From positions 1,189,530-1,253,529 of the forward strand of contig MU004238.1 in the NCBI GenBank assembly GCA_010405405.1: a stretch of 64,000 nt of DNA, written 5' to 3'. Positions 12,025 to 23,126 of this stretch are shown in pieces. The position numbers and the translations under genes were made by a program. The stretch is from Microthyrium microscopicum. Its lineage: Eukaryota. The stretch's first letter is position 1; each line of letters opens with the position of its first letter. The notes beneath the pieces were generated by a model, which made no database searches, had not been told where the DNA came from, and saw nothing but the letters and a program-made list of their open reading frames with translations.

Positions 12025-13233
12025 CTACTTGAGATTTTCCAAATCCCGCTGAAATTCAGCAAGCAATTCTCGAAATCTAGCAGCGTATACATATGTCCAG
12101 TTGCGGACTTGTTGTAAACTTCTCACCGTCTTCTGCACTTCGTGCTCATTAGGCACGTCTAGTACCAATCCTGCCCCAAGACCGACCATCAGTGCCTGCA
12201 CTGCCTGTGCCGTTGTCTCGAGACCGGTCAACGAGCGAAGTTGCGACGCTGGGTGGTCTTCGCTCACCTCCAGAGAATCCATCATGGTCAGATCTGCCTG
12301 GTACACAATACTATGCTCTTGGCAAAAGGCACGAACTTCACGATCGCCTTGATTCTGGGTGAAGGGCCGATTCATTACAGTTGATGGTTTGGTCATCGCG
12401 GTGGAATAGATGAGCCGTAAGGAGGCTATGTCCACGTCTGCCAGACCAAGAAGAGGAAGTCCGTTGGAAGTATGAGACTCGATTGTTCGCCAAGCAGTGA
12501 CTATTTGATCCGACGGCGTGTGGGATGAATTTGCTCGAAGATTCAAACAGTCAATTGAGACGCTTCCATGGCTCAGTCGAGCCTTCAGTGATGATTCGTG
12601 TACTGGAATGGCCACGTCCGTCTGCAACTGTGAAAATGTTAGTCAAAGCCTTGACAAGAAAAGTCATTATGTGGGGTGACGATGGCTGTGTTGTTATATT
12701 ATCTAGAAATATCATTTAGTGTGTGTAGATCTACTCGCTTCCGTTGCAACGGTCCGTGCAACCGGATCTCTCTACATCACTGCGTATCTGCCTTGTGGGC
12801 TGTATTTCATATTCGGAGTCAATTCGCAAGGGACATGTTAGAAACGTGGTGACAGGAAGCTAGCCGGACGTTACAAGTCCGAAGCATATATTTGTTCCTG
12901 GACTAAACGTATGACTTGCAGTAATCTCATAATGACGGGTATCGTCATCGTACCGGTTAATCATGGCAGGAAAGTAGTACAAATCCACGATGCGAAACAG
13001 AGACGCATGTTTTATGAAAGGTGTCTTACAAAATGCATGTTGTTTCCAGTCTTTAGTGCCTCACAGGCTGCCTTGCCTGACGGTTCGCGCAATGCCTCCA
13101 TGTCTGTACAGAAGGCCCTTACACCAGCATCCAATGAAGCTTGAAGCAATCCTGGCAAGGTGCTGATTCTGACGATCAATGGAGGTCTGCCGGCAGATCG
13201 CAACAAGGTGCTTGTGAACCCTTGGAAGTTCAT
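12025..13233 (-). CDS. Degenerate aldo-keto reductase-like protein, 2 exons (13233-13030, 12627-12025), ~268 aa
   Basis: AKR-like segments in the correct order: LDAGVRAFCTD, HF|LQTD across a phase-0 GTAAGA...CTAAC...CAG intron, SIDCLNL, AWRTIE, LGLAD, KPSTVMNR, EVRAFCQEHSIVYQA. Start codon uncertain. Confidence 0.65.
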
Positions 13234-14708
13234 TATCGGATGCGGGCCAGCGGTGGCATCCGACACAAGACAAGTGACGATGATTATGTGATGATAGTAC
13301 GATGTGGTTGAGAAGTAGGCTCAGTTTGCTGTGGCTAGTGGCTGAGGAAATGCTGATATAATCGTCCACGGCATTGCTGTACATACTGTGGAATTGATCC
13401 CGTGGATTATTCATCTCTTTTGGTGGCCGAGTGTCCCGAATGTGGACCGATGGTCTAAAAATACTTCAATTGTAACTGCAGTCTTTCAACTCTCTTTCTC
13501 TCCATGCTCTCTCCTTCTTTTTTGTGCCACATTGTCCATTGAGATCGTTCATGCGCCTCTTCATCCATCGAGCGGCGTGGAAGCCACAGTCCATTCGCTA
13601 CGCGATCGTATGGTGAGAAATAAGGGAAGCCAGTAGGAGTTCATGCCGCCCTCGCAATCTAGGCCATCTTTCACACTCGCGGTGAGCAGCAATTTGTCCT
13701 CTGATGCTGGATCCAATCATCTCCATGCATTCCCAAACTAAACTCACCGTGGTGTAGTTTATATGCACGTTTAAATGCTCAGCCTCTCTATCGACCAGCC
13801 CTACGTTGAATACACTTGGCTTACGATTTATTCTCCTTCTATAGCCAATTGCTGCGAGTTATTTGAATTACTAAATATTCACTACACGTAGTATTTTTCA
13901 GCCGTTTCAACCGCCACGGGTTAACTACCGCTTCGCGCTAGAAGCGGCTTTCCATATCTCGAAGCATACCGCCTTCCCTACCACTGGAATCGTGATTCTA
14001 TAGCTACACATACTCCCAAGTTGCGGGATGGTTCAAGTATATGCTTCGGATGCTGTACAGACTTTCTTATTCTATAACGAAAATCGTACCATATCCGTAG
14101 GACGTTCCGACCTTTTCAAATCATCAAAGCGCAGTGGCTTAGGTTCCGCTCAGTGTCTAATCTGGTAAAGTCTTCCACTGCCAGTCATCACGACGTTTCC
14201 CTGACTCTCAACTCTGACTTGCTGCTCAGGACTGGGTCCACAAACTATGATTCTCCCACGTTTTTGCCTATTCAGCCCGGGCTTGGCTGTGATCTATTTT
14301 CATCTTTAACCATCACTGCCTAGTTCTTTATCTAGTTTACCTAATCAAGTGTCTCTTCTGTCTAATTCTTTCTACAGGTATAGTTCTTGGATTTCCCAAA
14401 GATTCGGCCTCCCCGGCTTGTGTTAGTATGTTCCACATCTCTCTTCCTGATGTAAGTTTAGCTAGCAAGACGTTATGAGCCACCATCATTGGCTATCTTC
14501 ACCTTCTTCCTATGAGGCACAGTCATGAGGTAGAGTTGCAGTTTGTCGATGGCGGTGCAAAACTCCGACATTATGGAATGAGTCGGATCTTGGCTATCCG
14601 TTCATCACTGTACGATGGAGTTGTGGCCTCTCAGGCTGCCTCATACCGTAGTACAGGCTTTGATAGAAAGCTGATAAATACTCACTTGTGAGATAATTTA
14701 GCATTCTG

Positions 14709-14716
14709 TATATAAG
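14709..14716 (+). promoter_or_regulatory. TATA box upstream of the 32-aa small ORF
   Basis: TATATAAG ~180 bp upstream of ATG 14888, followed by a C/A-rich leader with no ATG from 14725 to 14887. Confidence 0.55.
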
Positions 14717-14887
14717 AACACATGGTCATCGTCTTATCTATTCTTGCCATCACCATCACATCAGCAACTATAAACCAAACTACCTAGTTCACCCTGCTCT
14801 ACTTCAATCTTTCGTTAAAGACTTGTATAAGCTATATCAAACGCCACTCACCTACTACATTTCCAACCTCAACAACAACCAATCAAA

Positions 14888-14986
14888 ATGTCTCTAGCTT
14901 GGATCATTCTATCAACCATCCGACCAGCTTATGCTGGCGATGATGATAATGACGATGCTGTCGCTGGACGTGGAGGATACAACTAA
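14888..14986 (+). CDS. Small ORF, 32 aa peptide MSLAWIILSTIRPAYAGDDDNDDAVAGRGGYN
   Basis: Strong fungal Kozak context (aatcaaaATG), upstream TATA box and CAA-rich leader, and T-rich 3' UTR-like sequence downstream. No other convincing gene in 13.3-15.7 kb. Confidence 0.6.
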   Translation: MSLAWIILSTIRPAYAGDDDNDDAVAGRGGYN

Positions 14987-15756
14987 ATCTCCAAATCATC
15001 TCGAACCTCAAGACATCACTTCACTACTACCGCTCCACCACTTCATCAAAACGCACATCACACTTCTACAACACGCCACCAACCACATTTTCACAATTCA
15101 TATGCACAATCAGCTTCGGCATAGCGACGGCGTTTCTTCATTGGGTTGTTCTTTTTCACTTTCCCAGCATAGCAAGGCGTTCACATTTCTGGGCAGCAAG
15201 GCAACTCTTTTCATTGCCCAGTCGATTCTTTCCCGGGGTCCCATTCAGGCACCCACCCTCGTTCCTTTTGTTTTGGAATTCATTTCTGGGTTTCCATTGG
15301 CTTCTTGTTCGCAAGGGTGATTTTTGGCATGTATAAATAACAGCGGTTGCATTGCATCGGTATAGGCGTTGGAAGTGTTCGTGGACTGAGATGATTCGGC
15401 GCCAGGATATTTGATATTTGGATATCTTGTCATCATTTGAAATAGTCATTGGTTTTGTTTGCTTCGCACCTTTAGATACTGTATTCATACCCCATTTTCA
15501 TACCTAGTAACCACCTCAAGTAATGTCTACCACATGCATTGTTCTATGTCTATATCTAGGTAGCTTTTCGGCGAAAGTTGACCAGAGCAGGAAACCGCAT
15601 CAATGGCGTCAGATTGCTCATATTGCTCTCGCTCGAGATTCCCAGGATTGTGATGTCGGTTCGGTCAAATGCTGTTTATCAAAAATCAAGTCTGCACTCT
15701 GGAACTCAATCAAGCGGACTGTAACCTGTGGTTCGGGTCCAGCGTGAGTCTTGTAC

Positions 15757-16984
15757 TCATGATGACTCAATGTCGGGCTTCCTAGCGGCAACAATGTGCC
15801 TAAGATAGGTCAGCTTCATCCTCTACTTGATCCATAATAAACTCACATCTGAACATAGTAGTGTTGCGTACGATCTTCCAAGTCTTTCAGCACTGACGGC
15901 AGAAATTCCTCCACTTGTTCGACTGTCCAGCCTAACCGCTTGGTGTACAGCGCCATAGCACTTGGCTTGTAGAATTGCCTGAGGTTATCAATCATGATTC
16001 GGCCAATGATCTTCTCGCGCTCGCCCTTGGGCCATCCGCCAATCGGCCATTGTAGTGGTTGTTCTCGTATGTCAATGAAGCCAATGTCTTCTAGCATCCC
16101 CCTGAAGCGTTGGGTGGGATCGGCATCAATTCCATCGTTGGCGGCAGCTTCCTTGATGTATTGGCTCCATTGGAGGAACGCAGACTCAGAAGGCCCTTTG
16201 CCATCGGCAGACATGAGCGGGAATTTTGTTTCTTGTACTTCCATCCATCCTCCAGGCTTCAAGTTATCCCAGCATTGCTGAAAATATTTTTTCCAATCGT
16301 GGATCCCTTGAAGACTTAGTTGTTTCCTCAAAAAATGTAAAGCAAGACAAAAATGGCGCAAGAAGGTATTGACTTCAAGATTGTATAAGAAATGCTCATT
16401 ATCCTACCTAAGCACAGCATTCGGCTGTGAATGTAATCAAAAGGCTCTGAATAAACCCACTCCTCTTCCACGTTGTCCACTATAAAGGAGCAATTCGAGG
16501 GTAAAGAATTTGGCTGAATAGGACTCAAATCCGTGCCAATAACCTCAGCACTTGGATGCATATCTGCAAACTCGATCGCCCACTTTCCAGTTCCGGTTCC
16601 TAAATCAATCACACGATGCACATCTGCAGGTACTGGTGCAATATGTAGCCGTCCGTTCAGACAGAGCCGCCATACAATGTGCTGCAGCTCGAGCCTGGAA
16701 ATCTCCTCATCGTCGTTAGGTAGCCAATACTGGTTCTCCTGGAAAGCATGGTAGCGACGATTGTTGAATTCACGGAAGTCTGTCACGTCGCTTGACAGCG
16801 ATGAGCTCGAGGAGCTGAGGCCATCACCAAATGCAGAGTCGCCGTCATTCAGATCCGCTTCCGACGCCGCTGCTGAGTCGACAAGCAATAACGTGCCGAC
16901 AAACTCGTCAGGCTGAATTTCGTTTCCTGTGTAGCCGGACCGGGTCGCAGGTGTGGCCTCTGGTTCAGTTGGCGGGGCGCTCAT
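15757..16984 (-). CDS. SAM-dependent methyltransferase (LaeA-like / Methyltransf_23), 3 exons (16984-16408, 16306-15847, 15799-15757)
   Basis: Motifs NNRRYH, YWLPNDDEEISRL, VIDLGTGTGKWA, GTDLSPIQP, FDYIHSR, NLKPGGWMEVQE and WPIGGWPK. Canonical introns restore the frame. Confidence 0.93.
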
Positions 16985-17940
16985 GACGGCCGGTTATTGG
17001 CGATAGAGGTGTAAGCGCAGCGTCGTACCAAAACGGGCGTGGGGTTGATGTTTTGTGACCGTTGGAATGTAGCTCTCAAATCATCGGGGATCCACCTACT
17101 ATTAAGCATTTTCGTCATCTTTCTCGAGCTACAAATGAAATCGGGTCCTCTGCCGATATGCTGGGGTTGGCCAACTTTTACCCAAGACATGACGAGAGAC
17201 TCGGAGTCGCATTCCCCATCTCAAGGCTAAGAGAACGGCCGGATTGCGAAGCCGCTTCCCCTTCCGTGTGGCGGCTGATTCCTCATGCTGGACTACTGCA
17301 AAGTATGGTGGTCTTTGGGTGAGCAGAAGAAAGAAGGCTTCAACAACTGGTGCAAAGCCTAATCATAGCGGTTTGGCTGCAGATAAAATTTAGACGAGGC
17401 TGTAACTGGTTTGGCGTGTTATGCACAGGCAAGACAGGACTGGAGGTTGGGTTTCGCGGCCCACGGCATCGGATAGGCTAACCGTGCCGCGAGCAGGGTT
17501 CAAATAAAAAGAACTATCAGGATTGCGTGAAGATACCTTGCGCTTTGATGCAAAGCTATTCTCTACTCGCTGCACACCAAAAGACAAATTGAAATAATCA
17601 AAGTCGAATGCAAAGGTGCGCGCTCAAAAGGAGCATGCGCCACAGGGCCATATTCAGGGGCTGATCGACGCCTCATACGCACGAGTAATGCTTCAGCAGC
17701 CTAGCAAAGTATCAGGCTGAAATAAGAATGAGGGTATCAATGATTGATTGGAATGTTGTTAGATGCGCATGCTGAAAATTCATTTTCACCAATCAAGAAG
17801 CAATGATTGTGTGGTTCATCAGCACCGTTTGGTATTTTAGTCCTTATTCGGTATCTATCAGCTGCTAGTCAGCAAAGCGCGGCATCAGTAGCGTCCTCAT
17901 TAGGTTTAACAAATTTTACAGTGCACCTTAGACATGGATC

Positions 17941-17982
17941 TGACTCCCATTTGAGTCATGTTTTAAATCTTGTGCATGACTC
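17941..17982 (+). promoter_or_regulatory. Cluster of three TGACTC/TGAGTCA elements (Gcn4/CpcA- or Bas1-type) upstream of ADE13
   Basis: TGACTC at 17941-17946, TGAGTCA at 17952-17958 and TGACTC at 17977-17982, all 75-120 bp before the ADE13 ATG. Confidence 0.6.
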
Positions 17983-18058
17983 TATTCTGTATTTCAAGCA
18001 TCGAAGTTCGTTCTCTCACAAAAGATTTTCCACTGAGATATTTCTCATCACATCAAAC

Positions 18059-19866
18059 ATGACTTCACAATACGATACCTACCAAACTTCTTTGACGGGC
18101 CGCTATTGCAGCCCGGAAATGTCCGGTCTTTTCAGTCAGCGATCTCGGCATTCGGCATGGCGCAAGTTGTGGCTATATCTTGCGCAGAGTGAGAAAGAGC
18201 TTGGGATCGATACCATCACTGATGAGGGGCTTGAGCAGATGAAGGCGCATCTCACGGTGACAGATGATGACTTCGAAATTGCTCGTGTTGAAGAGAAGAA
18301 GCGCCGTCACGTAAGCAATGGCGATGAGTTCAGTCAATATAAAAAATCTAACTGCTATACAGGATGTTATGGCTGTAAGAACTTTGATACTCATGAGTCT
18401 CATGTACTAATACTGAGCTTCAGCATGTCCACGCCTTTGGTCAAGTGTCCCCTGCTGCTGCTGGCATCATTCATTACGGAGCCACGAGTTGCTATGTGAC
18501 TGACAACACTGAACTGATTCTAATGCGTGATGCCCTGGATATTGTGATACCAAAAATTGCCAAGGTCCTTCACAATCTTCAAACTTTTGCTCTCCAGTGG
18601 AAAGCAGAGCCAACCCTTTCCTTCACACATCTCCAACCTGCTCAGGTCAGCACGGTTGGAAAACGAGGTCAGTGGAATTGTTGATTCGTTCTTCTATGAC
18701 ACACGACTTATGTTATACCAGCCGCGGGATGGGCACAAGACCTGATGATGGACTTGGACGAGTATCAACGCGTACGAAATGAGCTTCTGTTCCGTGGTGC
18801 GCAAGGCACAACAGGAACACAAGCAAGCTTCCTCGAGATCTTCGACGGTGACCACGGAAAGTGCGATCAGCTCAATGAGCTGTTGTGTCAAAAGGCTGGC
18901 TTCAAAGAATGCTACGATATCTCCACGCAAACATACACGAGAAAGGTCGATTGCCTCGTCGCAAACGCTGCTACCGGGCTGGCCACGACTGTGACGAAAA
19001 TCGCCTCTGACTTGAGGCATCTCGCTTTCTTAAATGAGGTGGGAGAACCAAGAGAGGCTGATCAAATTGGTAGCAGTGCCATGGCCTACAAGCAAAACCC
19101 AATGCGGTCTGAGCGAATTGCAAGTCTTGCCAGGGCGTTGCAAGGAAAGGCTGCAAATTTCATGAACACTCATGCCACTCAGTGGATGGAGAGGTCGCTG
19201 GACGACTCCGCAATTGTAAGTTGCTTACTCTCTTGCATCTCGGTGCAATTATCCACCCAATCTTGGGGGCTCTGCGCTGTCATAGGTCTTCCATTGAGAT
19301 TCTGTTATAGTCGCAAATCTCCGATAGATCCCTATTTTCACTCAGGCTAACAATACTACAGCGGAGGATGGATATTCCTGAAATGTTTCTTCTTGCAGAT
19401 GCCATCACTATCACGCTGCAAAACGTAACCGAAGGGCTCACTGTATTTCCCAAAAAGATACACTCCAACCTCATGCAAGAATTGCCATTCATGGTCACGG
19501 AAAGTATCATCATGAGGCTGGTGAAGAAGGGAGTGTCAAGACAAGAGTAAGTTGCCCCACCACTGAAGACGAAAGGCTAACAACCATTGCAGTGCTCATG
19601 AGGAAATTCGAGTTCTTTCCTTTGAGGCATCACTGCGGGTCAAAGGTGATGGATTGCCAAACAATCTAGTTGACAGGATCAGAGATACCGAATTCTTCAA
19701 ACCAATCTGGGCCGATCTTGACGAGATGCTCAAGCCAGAGCTGTACACTGGCCGCAGCTCCCAGATTGTCGACAAGTTCTGCGGGCCAGGCGGCAAACTT
19801 GAGCAGAAGCTTGCGCCCTATCAAGCATCTATCAAGGCCGCAAAGGCGGCTCACTTGAGTGTTTAA
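18059..19866 (+). CDS. ADE13: Adenylosuccinate lyase, 6 exons (18059-18310, 18363-18374, 18424-18667, 18722-19215, 19362-19546, 19593-19866)
   Basis: Motifs [56 protein letters not shown], the fumarate lyase signature [11 protein letters not shown], and ERSLDDSA. Confidence 0.97.
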
Positions 19867-20111
19867 ATATCCAGGAAGCTGTTGAGCGTACTTTGAGCAA
19901 ATGAAATGATATGCCATGTAGCATCATGCAAGAATTCACCGAGCTATATGGCCCATAGTATAAAGTGAAGCTCAAAAGAGTGATGTGCTGTTGATAAAAA
20001 CATCTGATTTTCTGGCATTAGTAGGCAGAATAAGTGTCTATCCTCAGTGGTCGTAAAGGAAGGGTGTCTATGGCTTCTGGCCACCACGATCGTCAGGGAA
20101 GGTGGCAGACT

Positions 20112-20745
20112 TCAAGACTTTTTGTCTCTGAAGATGTCGCTGAAACTGCCTTCCACCCAGCGCATAGTCGGCCTGAGTCCAGCAAGTTTCCAATGCCCAT
20201 CAAGCTTCTTGTAGTAATGGCGTATAAGACCGTATCCGTGACCTTGCACTTCCGCAGTGTTCTTGTCTATCGTATATCGCTGATGAGCTGCGCGAATCTG
20301 ATGATCCCCAAAAATCTCCGTGTCTGATGTCTTCTCGTATTTGCATAATCCGATCAAATGTTGCAGGTCGACTAAGGGGTCGTCGAGGAAAGTTTTGTCA
20401 CTGAATATGGCAAGAAACTCGTCCGTTGACATCTCATCCCATTTTTGTCCCGTCACTTTACTGTAGTCGACCTATTCCAAAGGTTACAAATCACTCGTTA
20501 CACGAAGTTGTCAGTGACATACAAACAATGTTGGTGCCAGTATTGCGCGGAGTCTATCCCAATCCTGTTTACTATATCAATAATCAACCTAAAGTATGAG
20601 TTTGGAGGAACCGACCTTTGTATCAAGACTTTCTGCCCATTCGAAAGTTATGTCGGATAAGATTCGTGCTTCTAGGCTAAGTTAGATTATGTTATTAACA
20701 TACAACGTAGTGCGGATAGAAACCTTCTGGAGTGACTGATGCCAT
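20112..20745 (-). CDS. Scytalone dehydratase-like (NTF2/SnoaL fold) protein, 4 exons
   Basis: Spliced MASVTPE|EARILSDITFEWAESLDTK|DWDRLRAILAPTLF|VDYSKVTGQKW...LQHLIG...HQIRAAHQRY...WKLAGLRP. Confidence 0.88.
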
Positions 20746-21255
20746 CTCGAAATTGGTAAGGCCTATGATGCTTGAGGAAGATTTCTTTTAACCAACGTTT
20801 GAAAACTGTTCCTAAGTAAGAGATCGCTCAGTCTCCCGAGAGTTGGTTTCTGTCCCTTTACGTCGTTGTAAGCGGCACTTCATTACACGTTAGTTGTCGG
20901 TCAATGATGCCCAATACGTATAATGCGTGAGGGCGCTCAATATTTCCTAAAAGGGATAATGCGCGTTCGAGCCCAAAGTAGTCGACCAGATATTTCTTCG
21001 AAATTTGATACCATATAAGCTAGATCTATAGGCATGTCCATGCAGGAAAGGAGTTTCATAGTTTTGGGTAGAAGCAAGAAGTGTTCTTGGTATGGGAGGT
21101 TAATATCCATATACTCGCTCCAGTTCAACCCATCAATTTGAACAAAAGGCTAGGAAGGCCTCCAGTGATAGTAAAGAAAGTTGATTGAGCAATGCATTAT
21201 AGCTTTAGAAAGCTAGAAACACAAAGTCATTCTGAACATACTGTGGTTCGTACTA

Positions 21256-21874
21256 CCGTAGCGCGCGACGGGTAGTAACAGAAATCGTCTAGTAATTATA
21301 CTATTATGCTTTTTTTGCAGAAAATGTATGTTTCTTATAGTGGTGCATCGTGCGCGTTCTTTCGAAGAAGCATTTTTTGTTAAGAAAAGCATTTTTCTAA
21401 AAAACTATTTTCTAGTCATGTTTTAGTCATGTTCTAATAGTGCAAAAGAGCAAAAAAAAGGGGCATTAAGGTTGATCTACTTAACAGGTCTAGCAATTTA
21501 AGAAATAATCACTACTTAGATTTTATATATTACAATTCGAACTACAAAAAAGGCTAGATCGATACGGCAAAGCTTAGTCAGGCGAGGCATAATTACGGCT
21601 TAGATTTACTAGGATAATCACAATTACTAAATCGGATTTGCGGGGCAAATGTATATAGCTAAGCAACCTTGAAGCCTCTTCTTCTATAGCCTTCGTTCCT
21701 TCTAACATGCTATCGTACCTTCTTTATCTTTAGTCGTAAGTGCTTTTATTCACAGAACATAAGATCTACTTAAGACATCATCTTCTAGAGAAGAATAGTC
21801 TTCTAAAAAGACTTTAAAAGGTGATGTAGTAATATCAAAAGATTAAGTCCACTACTCCCCCCTCCACGCTACGG
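21256..21874. mobile_element. Non-autonomous DNA transposon relic / MITE-like (Tc1-mariner type ends), AT-rich
   Basis: TA|CCGTAGCG... at 21254-21263 and ...CGCTACGG|TA at 21867-21876, with imperfect extension (GGG-TAGT...AATC on both ends). The interior is strongly AT/TpA-rich relative to the flanks. Confidence 0.6.
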
Positions 21875-22387
21875 TATGTTTTCAGCGACCCAAAAGACAC
21901 GAAATTGAGACTTGCTTGATTTCTCTCGTGAGAAATTCCTCATGATGTTTCTTATCTTTCTGTGTAGCATGAAAACATGTATTTTGTACCTTGAGTCCAT
22001 CAGCTGATAGCATCATGTTGGTCATTCCGGCAGGTATCCGAAGCTTACGGAGTAAGAATCGCCCATCAATTTTGGGAGCTGCAGACCCATGCAATCAACA
22101 TTTGGTACCACTTTCGTCCCGACACCCAATGAGAAATTCCCCGACGCGTTCAGCTCTTCTTTACGCGGTTAGTTGATGTTTTGAACCCTTCAAATGCTTT
22201 CATGAGAACATAATATGACGAATGCCAAGAGATCACCATTCCACTCACGTCACTGTCTTTGAGGAAACCATATGGCCTGGCCCGCCTGATATGGAACAAG
22301 ATTTCTTGAGTTAGAACCTTTCAAATCACATTTTGATATATTACTGCAATCTTCTAAACAAAACAGTCCCACAACCATATTAATACA

Positions 22388-23126
22388 ATGCCACCACGCA
22401 AACGAAAGGCACTTTCAGAGGTTGATCCAAATCAAGAAGCTGGCAACGTCTCTTCTGAGCAACATAACCTCAAGGCTAATGCAGTTACAGAAGAGGTAAA
22501 GCTATGTCCACATCTTCGCAGACAGTTTGCTTACTATAGGCTAGACTAGCAAGGCAAACAATTCCAAGAAACGCAAGTCCAATTCAACTGAGGACAGCAA
22601 ACCCAAGCGTCCTAAGTCTTCCACGACCGCACCAAGCAGTCTACCATCAGATGGAGACATTCAAACCATCACTCTCGCGGGCGAGGACGACGATACTGTT
22701 CCCGTATACGACACTTGTGACATGATCCGCAAACGCATCACCTCATTGTTCAAGAAACATCCCAAAGAAACGAACGTATCTCTTGCCAAACGTATCTCAG
22801 CTGCCGTGCCTCATTCTGAGATCACTGCCAAAGTGTTGGGTCGCTTTCGCAACAAGGCTGGCTACGACAAGGGAAACACATGTCAATCGTTTTATCTTGC
22901 CTACGTTTATTTCGAGAAGGTGAGGCTGTTTCAAGGCGTTGAAAAAAGCGAGGATAGACTTCATATGGAGAAGCTTTGGGGCAAAAGTGGCTTCAATCGA
23001 AGGACGGAAAGCCATAACAAAAAGAATCTTCCGTTTTGGATGTTGAACCGGCCAAGCAAACCCAACAGATTTGGTGAGGTCGACTTCTACTCCTTCAGTG
23101 GTAAGCCAAGCCATGGAGTTATGTAG
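22388..23126 (+). CDS. Basic fungal hypothetical protein (resembles DUF7726-type proteins), 2 exons (22388-22495, 22545-23126)
   Basis: MPPRKRKALSEVDPN start with NLS-like segments. Conserved-looking core TLAGEDDDTVPVYDTCDMIRKRI...FYLAYVYFEKVRL...KSEDRLHMEKLW. Family name is from recall. Confidence 0.75.

Noticed and set aside
14931..15320. 129-aa ORF from the ORF track
   Set aside because: Out of frame with the better-supported upstream 32-aa ORF, in a poor start context, and with UTR-like composition.
16307..16407. Possible hairpin in the 101-nt methyltransferase intron
   Set aside because: Pairings are mostly A:U/G:U and interrupted. It fits the long-intron trend but is too weak to claim by eye.
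17807..18058. N-terminal extension of ADE13 suggested by the ORF track
   Set aside because: It starts at a non-ATG codon. Homology begins at ATG 18059.
20937..22176. Short ORFs flanking the MITE-like element as a disrupted gene
   Set aside because: No recognisable protein when the flanks are joined.
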